The translations under genes and the position numbers were made by a program. From contig JBAXLW010000002.1 of the NCBI GenBank assembly GCA_037134575.1, forward strand, positions 5,181 through 69,180: a stretch of 64,000 nt of DNA, read 5' to 3'. The DNA is from Verrucomicrobiota bacterium. Its GTDB lineage: Bacteria; Verrucomicrobiota; Verrucomicrobiia; Verrucomicrobiales; Akkermansiaceae. The stretch's first letter is position 1. Every line of letters begins with the position of its first letter. The notes beneath the pieces were generated by a model. It was not told where the DNA came from. It made no database searches and was given only the letters and a program-made list of their open reading frames with translations. This document shows positions 20,801 to 29,335 of the stretch, piece by piece.

Positions 20801-21244
20801 ACGCACATTGTCCATGGAGCCGGCACCGAGTGTGCCTGCGGCCGCACGCAGACCACCCAATGGCTTGCTGCGGGTGCTGAGTTCTTTGAGCAGATCGGAA
20901 ACCTCGCTCGGAAGTTTTACCAAAGAACGGGCGGTGGCACCGTCGGCGAACTGATAGTCCTCCCACAGGTAACGCAGCACTTTGACGAGGTGGGATTTAC
21001 CGCTTCCGAAGAAACCGCTGACCCAGACGGCCTTCTGTTCCGGCTGCGCCAAGCCGTCGAGGTAAGCCTTGAGGATACGCTCCAACCCGCGCGCGTATTC
21101 GCCATCGCAGACGAAAGTTTCCAACTCGAAGCGGAGCGTCTGGATCTGGCGCGTGTCCTCCCCGATTTCGGAGACCTTGGAGACGCCATTATTGAGCAAC
21201 TCCAGGGTGGTGGGGTCACGGAAGTAAAGTTCGCGGTTTGTCAT
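17807..21244 (-). CDS. brxC: BREX P-loop ATPase BrxC
   Basis: VWVSGFFGSGKSH, LLVVDEIQQFIG, YPLLP, PYGWPQDA; 1145 aa. Confidence 0.92.
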   Translation of the reverse strand: MTNRELYFRDPTTLELLNNGVSKVSEIGEDTRQIQTLRFELETFVCDGEYARGLERILKAYLDGLAQPEQKAVWVSGFFGSGKSHLVKVLRYLWEDYQFADGATARSLVKLPSEVSDLLKELSTRSKPLGGLRAAAGTLGAGSMDNVRMAFVQLVLRSAGLPEDLAHAKFMLWLRSSGLETAVAQSLKAADCELLEEVESMNYSVPLAEALLAADPKYGTLANVQDAIRTGWPEITSPTIKQTLELLKQVYGDGTTLPCTLLVVDEIQQFIGEKIQRANDVQEIAEHCSTDLASRLLIVGTGQSALNTTPSLQRLQARFTVKVPLSDADVENVIRKTVLRKKPEQEASIAKCMEDNQGELARHLQDSRLAATHADEKFFVADYPLLPTRRRFWEKVLRNTDHSGTKAQLRSQMQIVFEATRETAAASVGTVVPADFIYDQISTDLLNSGELEREYDEIIRKLRDGTPEGDLRSSICALVFLIGKLPRTPGADDGVRANAETLVDLLVSDLKKDRPKLDQQVPVILEELVKNGQLMPVEKEFRLQTREGAVWTHDFNRRRTTALNDDERINSKRAELLRDGSKQALKPVSLKQGASNWPRKLAFELSSSRPSLSSDEVTLWLREGWSDDEKSVLNDARSAGVDSPMLFGFLPRLHHEELKQAIASQIAAQETLNSHGAANTPEAIEARKAIETHLQVAGHRIQELLGHVIAGSKVFLGGGQETNGIELADKVQDSADSAMARLFPQFSEADHGNWGVVVTKARGGDVGALAQVSFQGDVTKHAVCRRVLDLIGAGKKGKDIREAFKSTPYGWPQDAIDGALYVMLVAGNLRATVNGNPVQAQTLPQNQVGVAHYYVDVPPLNVQQRLDLKALFQKLAVTTQNGKEPEAAALFLQKLLALADSAGGEAPRPEAPSTRSVKDLQLLSGNAQLLKLHEQKDTITADLTTWKKSADAIAKRWPEWESLEVFQAFAKDLPEGVACATSIAAITSGRNLLADPDPLPELIKQLTTALRTELGKLQGDLSAAFVAGEEKLAASDLWKRLSDEQRTTLTNTFQLTPPAKAAIGTDEEILTALQARTLADRHNLLDAVPQRFARALQEASTLLEPEAVRITLPSATLHTIADLDPWFAQVRQQVEAQLKTGPVIL

Positions 21245-21792
21245 GGTGTGAGAAAACTTTCGGTGGTGGTGATCGGGGCGGCCATGTAGTTGAAGCCGTC
21301 GCGGGCGTCCATGAATCGGTAGATGTTCCCCTGGTATTCGCCGGGGAAGAGGACGAGCAGGCGGCCGGTCACGCTGTCTTCGACCCGCTCGATCAGGCTA
21401 GAGACCCGCATGTAGTCGAAGAGCGTGGCGAGGCCGGCAATGGTTACGACGCTGTTCTCATCGGATTGGGAGCAGGCTTCGCTCACGAGTTCCACAGCAC
21501 GGTCTTCCAGTTTGCTCCCGGCCTTTAAATGCTTCGGATCTTTGAAGATGGATTCACGGTATTTGTGGCTCGCGAGGTACTCTGGAAAAAGACCCGTGAG
21601 ATCGACCGTGGACCACTCGTGGCCGGCTCCAAGCGTGAGTTCCTCAAACTGTGGGAGACGGGCGCGGATGCGGCGCTCCTCCACCGGTGGATAGACAGCG
21701 AACCAGACACGCTGTTTCCCGGCGACGTTCCCGGACCACGGCAGGCTGACCTGGCGGGAGTAGTTGGCGAGGAGTCGGTCGATGGCATTCAT
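21241..21792 (-). CDS. brxB: BREX protein BrxB (DUF1788-like)
   Basis: Size, position directly upstream of brxC, and LLVLFPGEY...YRFMDARDGFNYMA C-terminus. Confidence 0.75.
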   Translation of the reverse strand: MNAIDRLLANYSRQVSLPWSGNVAGKQRVWFAVYPPVEERRIRARLPQFEELTLGAGHEWSTVDLTGLFPEYLASHKYRESIFKDPKHLKAGSKLEDRAVELVSEACSQSDENSVVTIAGLATLFDYMRVSSLIERVEDSVTGRLLVLFPGEYQGNIYRFMDARDGFNYMAAPITTTESFLTP

Positions 21793-22598
21793 GCTTGTGG
21801 AACTTGTAGGTCGGAGAACAATGGAAAACTCAAATCCACCACCTCGCCGAGGACACGCAGGTTAAGTCGGCCGGCGCGGTGGGCTTCGAGAGCCAGTGCT
21901 TTGGCGCGCTCGGGGGTGAGATCCAGCAAACGACACCATGGACTGGAAAAGGCCATCTGGCCGTGATGGCCGGTGAGATGGCCCAAAAACAAGGCAAGGG
22001 TTACTGAAACTGGGCTTGCCTGAACCCGGTGACGGGTCTTTTTTGCTCGTCCGACGAGATGCCCAGTTTGAGTCCATGACGAGCCAGCGTTACGGGAAAC
22101 ATTTCCTTTGCTGTTGTCGGAATACTGATTCGGGAAACTGGCCTCCACAGCAGCAGCGACAGCCCCTTGTTCCAATAAATCTCCATCCGAAAGCTCTAAA
22201 ATCGCATCTGCAGTGGCACGGAATAAAGGGTCTCTTGCCCAAGCCAACTGCAGAGCAAGCAGCGGAAGACTCGTCGGGTCTACCTCATATAGCCTGCGCA
22301 GTAATTGGAAAATAGGAACGTTTTCGTCCAGCACGTAGAGTTCCCGCAAGTGGCGTAGCGACTTCTGCCGTGTGCTTACCGTTGTCTTCCCCAGAATATT
22401 TCGCTCGCAAATCGCATCGCGATAATCCGCAGCATTGGAACCCCGTGGCATCGCTTGCAAAAGAACGTCTAGTTCCTGCAGCATGATCGTTCTGCTAATG
22501 TGCGTATTCCCCGCAAAGAATTTCAAACCAAACTCCGCCAAATTTGGAGAATCTTGGGGCAAGTAATGCTGGATGAGCGAATAATGCTGAGTGGACAT
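21789..22598 (-). CDS. BrxA-like first gene of the BREX operon
   Basis: Position upstream of brxB with a 4-nt overlap; helical protein with WARDPLF and SSWTQTGHL motifs. The call rests mainly on context. Confidence 0.6.
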   Translation of the reverse strand: MSTQHYSLIQHYLPQDSPNLAEFGLKFFAGNTHISRTIMLQELDVLLQAMPRGSNAADYRDAICERNILGKTTVSTRQKSLRHLRELYVLDENVPIFQLLRRLYEVDPTSLPLLALQLAWARDPLFRATADAILELSDGDLLEQGAVAAAVEASFPNQYSDNSKGNVSRNAGSSWTQTGHLVGRAKKTRHRVQASPVSVTLALFLGHLTGHHGQMAFSSPWCRLLDLTPERAKALALEAHRAGRLNLRVLGEVVDLSFPLFSDLQVPQA

Positions 22599-22603
22599 GA
22601 AAT

Positions 22604-22894
22604 CTATTTTTCTTGCGCCTCCCAGTTTCCCAGCACTTGGCCGAGGACGACGGTGTAGGTGAGGTTGCCGTGCTCAAGGTCTACATCGGGTAGGAACTCG
22701 TCGTCGAGGGCGGAGAGAAGGGGCTGGACGTTCAATTCATCGAGGCCGGAGCCCTTGAGGATGATGACTGTGCCGGCGATCGTGCCATTGGTGAGGTAGT
22801 GGAGGTCGACGGCCGCGACATCATTCCCGCCGCGCTGGGCGAGAAATCGCTCGGACGAGGGCGTGCGGAGGGTGCGTTTCCAGGTGAGGTTCAT
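22604..22894 (-). CDS. Hypothetical protein (96 aa)
   Basis: Clean ORF coupled to DUF4236 (4-nt overlap) and 5 nt upstream of brxA-like. Confidence 0.7.
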   Translation of the reverse strand: MNLTWKRTLRTPSSERFLAQRGGNDVAAVDLHYLTNGTIAGTVIILKGSGLDELNVQPLLSALDDEFLPDVDLEHGNLTYTVVLGQVLGNWEAQEK

Positions 22895-23139
22895 GATAGA
22901 GAGGTGACGATCCAGTGAGTGAATGCCAGCGAGGCAGGGATGGCGGCGAGCAGAACAAGGCAGCCGCTACCTCGGTAACCGACACCCGTGCCGGGTAGGC
23001 TGAAGGCGGAGTAGCGACGACCACGGGCACTTGTGCCGACGCGGAATCCCTTGCCGCCGACAGAATAGCCGACGCCGGACTTGCTCAGGTTGACCCTGAA
23101 TGGCCCGAAGTTAACTGATTTTCGATAGAAAAAGCCCAT
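22891..23139 (-). CDS. DUF4236 domain small membrane protein
   Basis: MGFFYRKSVNFGPFRVNLSKSGVGYSVG...SLPGTGVGY signature and a C-terminal hydrophobic segment. Confidence 0.85.
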   Translation of the reverse strand: MGFFYRKSVNFGPFRVNLSKSGVGYSVGGKGFRVGTSARGRRYSAFSLPGTGVGYRGSGCLVLLAAIPASLAFTHWIVTSLS

Positions 23140-23280
23140 TTGAAAGAGGTTAGAGGTCAGAATTTGCCCATTTCTACCACGGGGTGTGGGACAAATAGGG
23201 GGATACGCTGCACTTTTTTATGTGTTTTATCGGAAAGTAGAGTCAGGTGATTTGTTGAGATTGATTGATCCAAAATTTGA

Positions 23281-24393
23281 TTATGTTTGACGTACAGAGA
23301 ATCCAGCGATTTCGACCGAATCAATATCGTCCTGATAGGTGAATGGCGAGTTCTCATCGGTGCTATCGGCGATTTCCTCATCTTCAATGATCTTAACCTG
23401 GCGGCGGCCGATCTTGTCGTTGACGGTGAATCTGATCCCCCATCCGTCTTCGAACTCGTGGAAGGGATCTTCATTCAAAGGCAACACGTAGGATTTCAGG
23501 AAAATGCGGACATCGGAAATCGCCTTGCGGTCATTTACGTCGCAGCGCCGTTGAGTCATTCGCTTGCCCATGCCAAGGTCCCCGAGAATCTGGAGTAGCT
23601 TGGATGGGTGTCTGCCGTTCCGCAGTCTAATGTTCATGTCAGACCAGGGCCTGATTCGCTCGTCGCCGTGAATTCGGCAGCGCAGGCCTTCGAGCTCGAT
23701 GGACAGCATGACGTCTGTCCAACTCCAGCCAGCCTTCGGCGTGAACATCGGCGGCACGGTTTTCTTTTCAGTCCCCCGGACTTTTTTTCGGGCGGGAGCA
23801 ATAGACAGTTTGTCCAGTCCCTTGGCAGAGCTTAGAACGTTGATGCGAACATCACACTTGGCGGCGAGTGTGCTCATGTCTTGGGTGAATCCGCCGCGAG
23901 TCGGTAGGAGCAGAATTGATGACTCAATATCGCGGATAGCCGATTTGATCGATTCTTCACGGGAATTGAAGTTAGGAACAAACAAATGAACGGCCAATGG
24001 TTCGCCAGGCCGGATCTCGAATGACCCAATCTCATGGACGGCACTTTGGCTCCATTGCGGGTGCTCCGCAGGCGTAAAACCTAATTTTCTGCCAAGACAC
24101 TCGGCGATTCCCTTCAGATTGGGCACAAGTCTAACGCAGTCTTCACGATTGAATGCGAGTGGTGGTCGGTGTGAGGGAATTTCCTGACTGAATCCCAGAA
24201 AGCTGCCGTCCTCTTGCTCTTCCAGTTCAAGGATTTGCCCCGGCCAATCCGGATCTTCGATGGAAAAGGCCATGTCCGATGCACGCAAAAGCGGCCGGCA
24301 CTCGGCAAACTCATCGCCAAGTTGCTTCTGCCATGACGCTCGGACCGCCCCGAGCCGGCCGAGTCGGTCAAGACATTGTAGAAATTGGATCAT
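23281..24393 (-). CDS. Hypothetical protein
   Basis: Long ORF; start moved to MIQFLQ (24393) to minimise overlap with the upstream gene. Confidence 0.7.
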   Translation of the reverse strand: MIQFLQCLDRLGRLGAVRASWQKQLGDEFAECRPLLRASDMAFSIEDPDWPGQILELEEQEDGSFLGFSQEIPSHRPPLAFNREDCVRLVPNLKGIAECLGRKLGFTPAEHPQWSQSAVHEIGSFEIRPGEPLAVHLFVPNFNSREESIKSAIRDIESSILLLPTRGGFTQDMSTLAAKCDVRINVLSSAKGLDKLSIAPARKKVRGTEKKTVPPMFTPKAGWSWTDVMLSIELEGLRCRIHGDERIRPWSDMNIRLRNGRHPSKLLQILGDLGMGKRMTQRRCDVNDRKAISDVRIFLKSYVLPLNEDPFHEFEDGWGIRFTVNDKIGRRQVKIIEDEEIADSTDENSPFTYQDDIDSVEIAGFSVRQT

Positions 24394-25525
24394 GCTCGGA
24401 ATGGCGGTTGAATTTGCAGATGTCCATCCATTGGCGGACGTTTGGGTCATGGATGTCGCCTTGGATCGTATCGTCCTCGGGGGAGATCATGAGGGCGAGC
24501 ACCCGACGCTCCATGGCGAGGTGGATCGCGAACGAAGCCTTCACCAAATCGAAGTCCTTCATGTATTCGTGCCCACGAATTTCGAGCTCGTGATACACGT
24601 CATGGGACTGATGCATTGTGACGCTGGTCGTCCCTTTCCTGCGAAGTATCAGCCTTTTCAGTCTAGTGGTGGCAACCGTCCCCAGTTCTGGTCGGATCAG
24701 GCAGTCCCTGCCGGTTCGAAGCGGCTCCAAGGTGAAGCGCCTCGATGGCCTGAGGATGTCGCTACCGCCGAAGAGATGCTTTGAAAACACATGACAATAA
24801 GTTTTTTTCACCTCATTGCTGCGACCTGAAACAAGCAGCTCGCCAGTTTGGGCATCAAAGAATCCCACGTCATGCTTTACCGGACGGAGTGCCTTGACGT
24901 CACGGCGATGATCGTCGTCAAAAACCTCTACCCTCTTCACTCTTTCGCCGTGACGAATCAGCAGGGCGTAGCCAGTAGCCTCGGGGAAGGCCATCACGTC
25001 ACAGATCGGCAAATCGAAAAGATCCGAGCAGCCGAATTCAAGCTCCTTGGCGATTGCCTGGCAGACATCGCGTGTCAGTTCCGCGGCTTTCTGCCCTTCG
25101 GCTGAACGGAACGACTTCATCGTCCGATTTCGTTTCAGGCTGAATTTGGTGTAAATCCGCTGGATTGCTTTCGAATCAAGGAACCAGACCTTGAGCACGA
25201 TGTCTCCATTGGTGTCGCCCATCTCATGAACCTTTTGGACCAGCTCTGGCACCACGACGCGAAGCTCGTCGATACCGGGTCCCGATGTGAGCATTTCCAG
25301 CAGGTCCACCGCCGCTAGAAACTCTCCGGGGCATGAGGACGGCGGCGAGACGATGATTGCTGACAGTTGATCTAACTGCACTTCGCTAAGATTGTCTGCC
25401 CTGAGGTTGATTCCCTTGGATTCAAAGAATGCGGCGAACTTGCGCAAGAGACTCATGAGGTTCTTGGACTTGATTTTCCGGAGGAAGCCGGGATTGCCGA
25501 ATCGTCTGAATGCGGGATTGCTCAT
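24368..25525 (-). CDS. Conserved-looking hypothetical protein (385 aa)
   Basis: Long ORF 17 nt downstream of the ImmA-like gene. Confidence 0.75.
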   Translation of the reverse strand: MSNPAFRRFGNPGFLRKIKSKNLMSLLRKFAAFFESKGINLRADNLSEVQLDQLSAIIVSPPSSCPGEFLAAVDLLEMLTSGPGIDELRVVVPELVQKVHEMGDTNGDIVLKVWFLDSKAIQRIYTKFSLKRNRTMKSFRSAEGQKAAELTRDVCQAIAKELEFGCSDLFDLPICDVMAFPEATGYALLIRHGERVKRVEVFDDDHRRDVKALRPVKHDVGFFDAQTGELLVSGRSNEVKKTYCHVFSKHLFGGSDILRPSRRFTLEPLRTGRDCLIRPELGTVATTRLKRLILRRKGTTSVTMHQSHDVYHELEIRGHEYMKDFDLVKASFAIHLAMERRVLALMISPEDDTIQGDIHDPNVRQWMDICKFNRHSEHDPISTMS

Positions 25526-25542
25526 AGTTCACCGTAGGGGAG

Positions 25543-26256
25543 TTAGAAAAGTGAGGGTTGGTTTGATTGTTCAATCCACCATTGGCCGAGTCGGATAGAA
25601 ACCATCCTGCGACTGACGGTGAAAAGCGTGGAAAGTTGACGCTCTGCTTCTGCCACTCGATCCTCGGATGATCCGGGACCGGATAGCACTCGCGGCAGTT
25701 CGGCGCGGGCGGCTTCAATCAAAAGGTGCTTTGGAAGCAACAGCGCGGCCATCGCAAGATTCGCCTGGTATTCCCACCACTCGAATTTGGGCACGCTCTG
25801 CATTCCTCCCTCGGCGCGGCACAGGAAGCCGTCCTTGGTGACGCTATCGAAAATGCCAGCTTCCTCGCCGAACAACTGCCCGGCGGATTCGACGTTGAGT
25901 TTCTCAACAAAAAGATCGGTGTGAAAAAGCCCGTGGCCGGCCTCGTGCGCCAAGGTCGAGCGAACGCGGAACTTACTCACCATGTCATCCTGCTCGGCAA
26001 GCTGCCGGTTGATGATGATGCGCTTGAGTCCCTGCCGCGTGAATTTCGCGCAGCCCATGATTTGCTCGGGTAGGGACTCGAATTCCTCCTCGATGCCGAA
26101 ATGCAGGAAGATGAAGCGTTCGATCCGAATGGGGCCCGGCGATGAAGGCATGAGATCCACCGCAGACAGTGCCGTGCGGCAGACGTCCTCGATGCGGTTT
26201 TCGTGGAGATAAAGTCGCCGACAAAACGGGCCGGCCGCATTCCTAACGCTGCTCAT
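25543..26256 (-). CDS. ImmA/IrrE-family metallopeptidase (anti-repressor)
   Basis: RSTLAHEAGH (HExxH) and EYQANLAMAALLLP; coupled to the XRE gene. Confidence 0.9.
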   Translation of the reverse strand: MSSVRNAAGPFCRRLYLHENRIEDVCRTALSAVDLMPSSPGPIRIERFIFLHFGIEEEFESLPEQIMGCAKFTRQGLKRIIINRQLAEQDDMVSKFRVRSTLAHEAGHGLFHTDLFVEKLNVESAGQLFGEEAGIFDSVTKDGFLCRAEGGMQSVPKFEWWEYQANLAMAALLLPKHLLIEAARAELPRVLSGPGSSEDRVAEAERQLSTLFTVSRRMVSIRLGQWWIEQSNQPSLF

Positions 26257-26618
26257 GGTTCTTCTTTTTTGTTCGGCAGGTTCTCCGAGAGATCGAGAAT
26301 CTCCGACGGCGGGATGTTCTTCTCTCGCACCGCATCGACGAATTTGCGGAAGGCGAGGCTGTAGTGGGTGTCTTGCTCGATGAGTTCCTCCATCTGCCTC
26401 GACGGCGGACGGGTGGAATACTTGAGCAGGTCGTCGAGATCGGTCTCCAGTGCGGCGGCCATTTTCTCGACCAGAGCTTCGGACGGTTGGCGGTTTCCGA
26501 TCTCCACATCGCGGACGTGAGGGGCAGATGCACCGACCTTTTCGCCCAGTTCACGCAACGACAGACCCGCCCCATGACGAAGCTCTGCCAGACGTTCACC
26601 AAGCGATTTTTGAAGCAT
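26253..26618 (-). CDS. XRE-family HTH prophage repressor
   Basis: LGERLAELRHGAGLSLRELGEKVGASAPHVRDVEIGNRQPS; start set at MLQKS (26618); divergent from the replication genes. Confidence 0.9.
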   Translation of the reverse strand: MLQKSLGERLAELRHGAGLSLRELGEKVGASAPHVRDVEIGNRQPSEALVEKMAAALETDLDDLLKYSTRPPSRQMEELIEQDTHYSLAFRKFVDAVREKNIPPSEILDLSENLPNKKEEP

Positions 26619-26697
26619 GTAAGCAGACTTGCTAACTTGAAGGGGTGCGTCAACTCGAATAATGACTAGAAATAACATTTTTTTCGCTGGGGTTATC

Positions 26698-26847
26698 GGA
26701 ATTTCACACCTCGAAATTGGCATGTGTGAAAATTTCACACCACCCCGAGTCATCCCCAAAGGATTACTAAACCATTGGTAATCAATGGTTATTTGGAATG
26801 CCGATGGCCATGTGTGAAAAAATTCGGTCTCGTTGTGAACGTTCACA
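26698..26847. promoter_or_regulatory. Operator-like palindromes in the divergent switch region
   Basis: TGTGTGAAA-A-TTTCACACA (26724-26742), TGTGAACGTTCACA (26834-26847), half sites at 26702 and 26811, and AACCATTG-N5-CAATGGTT (26770-26790). Confidence 0.7.
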
Positions 26848-26895
26848 CAGAAGCGAAGCGACGGCGGTCAATTGACACCCCGCCGCATTCGCCAG

Positions 26896-27915
26896 ATGCA
26901 AACCAATACCAAATCAACCAATACCCTGGCCATTCGCCGGGGCAAAATCACCCGACCTCAGAAGGTCGTCATCTATGGACCCGAAGGCGTCGGAAAATCG
27001 ACGCTCGCCGGCCAGACACCCGAACCCGTCTTCCTCGATACGGAGGGTGGCACTCACCACCTCGACGTCGCCCGCCTCGATGCGGCCGCGACTTGGGAGG
27101 AAATCACAGCCACCGTCACCCAGCTCGCCAAGGCGGATCACCCGTTCAAGACGCTGGTGATCGACACCGCCGACTGGCTGGAGAAGCGGCTGGCCGAGCA
27201 CTTGTGCCGGAAGTCGAACAAGGACTCCATCGAGGACTTTGGCTACGGCAAAGGCTGGGTGCTTCTCACCGAGGAGTTCGCCCGCTTCCTGAACTCGCTT
27301 GATGCCCTGCTGGCCCGCGGCATCCACGTTGTTTTCCTGGCACACGCCACGGTGAAGAAATTCGAAGCTCCTGACCAGGCAGGCAGCTACGACCGCTTTG
27401 AGCTGAAGCTGAGCAAGCAGGTCGCCCCGCTGGTCAAGGAATGGGCGGACGTCGTGCTCTTCGCCAACTACGTCACCAAGGTCGCAGAAAAGGACAACGG
27501 CAAGATGCGAGGCATCGGCGGCAAGGAGCGTGTGCTCTTCGCCACCCACACGGCGGCCTACGACGCAAAAAACCGTCATGGACTTTCCGACAAACTTCCG
27601 TTCGCTATCGATGCGTTGGCTCCCGTGTTCGGCGTTGCAGCGACGGTGCCGGGCGGCGCTGTCGCTGCCAGAACGGAGCCTGAGCCGTCACTCACCGACC
27701 GGATCTTCGCCGCGTTCCAGCAGAAAGCGGACATGGCCAACGTGGTGGATTTCTTGGTCGCCCGCGGCCAGCTTTCCTACACCGAGGAAGGTCCGCTGGA
27801 GTCCATCGACAATTTGGATCCTGCCTACGCCGCCCGGATGCTTGCGGATCCCGATCGATTCGTCGCCACCGTCAAAGAATGGGCCGCAGCCAACAGCCCG
27901 GAGGGAACGGTATGA
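26896..27915 (+). CDS. Phage AAA_24 (Sak4-like) ATPase / recombination protein
   Basis: VIYGPEGVGKST, FLDTEGG, LVIDTADWLE, FGYGKG; start set at MQTNT. Confidence 0.88.
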   Translation: MQTNTKSTNTLAIRRGKITRPQKVVIYGPEGVGKSTLAGQTPEPVFLDTEGGTHHLDVARLDAAATWEEITATVTQLAKADHPFKTLVIDTADWLEKRLAEHLCRKSNKDSIEDFGYGKGWVLLTEEFARFLNSLDALLARGIHVVFLAHATVKKFEAPDQAGSYDRFELKLSKQVAPLVKEWADVVLFANYVTKVAEKDNGKMRGIGGKERVLFATHTAAYDAKNRHGLSDKLPFAIDALAPVFGVAATVPGGAVAARTEPEPSLTDRIFAAFQQKADMANVVDFLVARGQLSYTEEGPLESIDNLDPAYAARMLADPDRFVATVKEWAAANSPEGTV

Positions 27916-28913
27916 GCGCACTTCGCCCTTCCAACCTGCCGAAGCTGGCGGTGTGCCCGTGCTACGAGAGCAATCCCGTGGCCGGCCCAGCCGCCGAGCG
28001 CGGCACGCTGCTTGATACCGCGTTCCGCGCCGAGCTGCTCGGTCTTGAAGAACGCCTCGTGATCGCCAACAAGCTGACGGGCGACGAGATCGCCGCTGTT
28101 GCGTGGTCAGTCTCGATGGTCCGGGCAATCTCCGGCCGCGAGCGAGTGCTTGCCCGGGAGGACGACTGCCGGGTGAAGATGCTCAACCTCACCGGCACGG
28201 CGGATGCCATCGTGCCGAGCAGGCTCACCCACTTCGACCTAAAGACCGGGGCGAGGCGCAATTACCGCGAGCAAATGGCAGCCTACGCCCTCGGCCTGAT
28301 GGGTGCGCACTTTGCCGGCGAGTGGACGGCGCACCTGTTGTTCTGCGACCAGCGGGAAATCGAGACGATCAAGTTCACCTACGAGGAGGCGCACGACATC
28401 GTCGATCAGGTCGTCAAGTCGTTCAACGATCCGGCGAAGAAGCCGAACCCCTGCGAATACTGCGGCTGGTGCGCCAAGGCGGATACCTGTCCGGCACGGC
28501 TCGCGATGGTCGGTGAGACACTGACGGTCACTGATCCGAGCTTCGATTTCGACGTGGTGCTCGCCGACCCGGAAAAGCTCGGACGATTCCTGACAGCTTG
28601 TGCATTTATCGAGGGCTTGCACGACCGAGCCAAGAAGATTGCCACCGAGCGAATCAAGACCGGCGGCAACGTCCCCGGCTGGAAGCTCGTCACCCGCAAG
28701 GGCAGCGAATTCGTCGATTGCGAAACCGTCGGCCACCACATCCAGCGCATGGGCTTTGGTCCGGTGCTCGCGGCCTACGGAAACCTACCAGCCAGCAAGT
28801 TCCGCGATTTGTGGAGCGAGCGGATGTCCAGCGAAAAGCCATTTCCGGAGGAGTCGGTGAAGCACGCCGCGCCCTCCGTCTATCTCAAACAAACCAAGAC
28901 CAAACCAAACTAA
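27912..28913 (+). CDS. DUF2800-like PD-(D/E)XK exonuclease
   Basis: GTADAI...FDLKTG, QMAAYALG, CEYCGWC..ADTCP metal-binding motif. Confidence 0.8.
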   Translation: MSALRPSNLPKLAVCPCYESNPVAGPAAERGTLLDTAFRAELLGLEERLVIANKLTGDEIAAVAWSVSMVRAISGRERVLAREDDCRVKMLNLTGTADAIVPSRLTHFDLKTGARRNYREQMAAYALGLMGAHFAGEWTAHLLFCDQREIETIKFTYEEAHDIVDQVVKSFNDPAKKPNPCEYCGWCAKADTCPARLAMVGETLTVTDPSFDFDVVLADPEKLGRFLTACAFIEGLHDRAKKIATERIKTGGNVPGWKLVTRKGSEFVDCETVGHHIQRMGFGPVLAAYGNLPASKFRDLWSERMSSEKPFPEESVKHAAPSVYLKQTKTKPN

Positions 28914-28917
28914 TACC

Positions 28918-29331
28918 ATGCCATCCTATACCTCATCCACTCCAAGCGAACGCCCTGAATTTGTTGAACCGGGCGACTACCAAGTCGAAATCATCGACGC
29001 GATCGAAACGATCAGCAAAGGCGGCCACGACATGATCGAGCTCAAGCTCAAAACGTCCGCTGGCAGCTATCTTTACGACTTCCTCGTCTTCATCCCGACC
29101 GCATTCTGGAAGATCGATTCCTTCCGCGCCGCCACTGGCGAGGATGTGAAACCCGATCAGGATGTCGAAATCAGTGCTGATCACGTCATCGGTCGCACCG
29201 GCACCGCTCGCCTCACCGTTGAGGAATACAACGGCAAGAAGCGCAACAAGGTCGTCGCCTGGATTGTCGGCACCGCGAAGCCCTCCGCTCAACCCCAACC
29301 CGCACGCCGTAGTGACAACGAACCCTTCTGA
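28918..29331 (+). CDS. DUF669 phage ssDNA-binding-like protein
   Basis: PGDYQVEIIDA, SKGGHDMIELKL, EEYNGKKRNKV and an acidic/aromatic C-terminal tip DNEPF. Confidence 0.8.
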   Translation: MPSYTSSTPSERPEFVEPGDYQVEIIDAIETISKGGHDMIELKLKTSAGSYLYDFLVFIPTAFWKIDSFRAATGEDVKPDQDVEISADHVIGRTGTARLTVEEYNGKKRNKVVAWIVGTAKPSAQPQPARRSDNEPF

Positions 29332-29335
29332 AAAA

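Larger units (their letters stand above)
3470..22598 (-). other. Type-1-like BREX defence locus with four inserted genes
   Basis: Order brxA-like, brxB, brxC, OGG-like, pglX, yhcG, yhaO, yhaN, pglZ, brxL; all junctions are 4-nt overlaps or gaps of 10 nt or less. Confidence 0.88.

Noticed and set aside
27912-28913. Cas4 / CRISPR adaptation gene
   Set aside because: The Cys cluster and PD-(D/E)XK motif fit phage recombination exonucleases, and the context (AAA_24, DUF669) is a recombination module.
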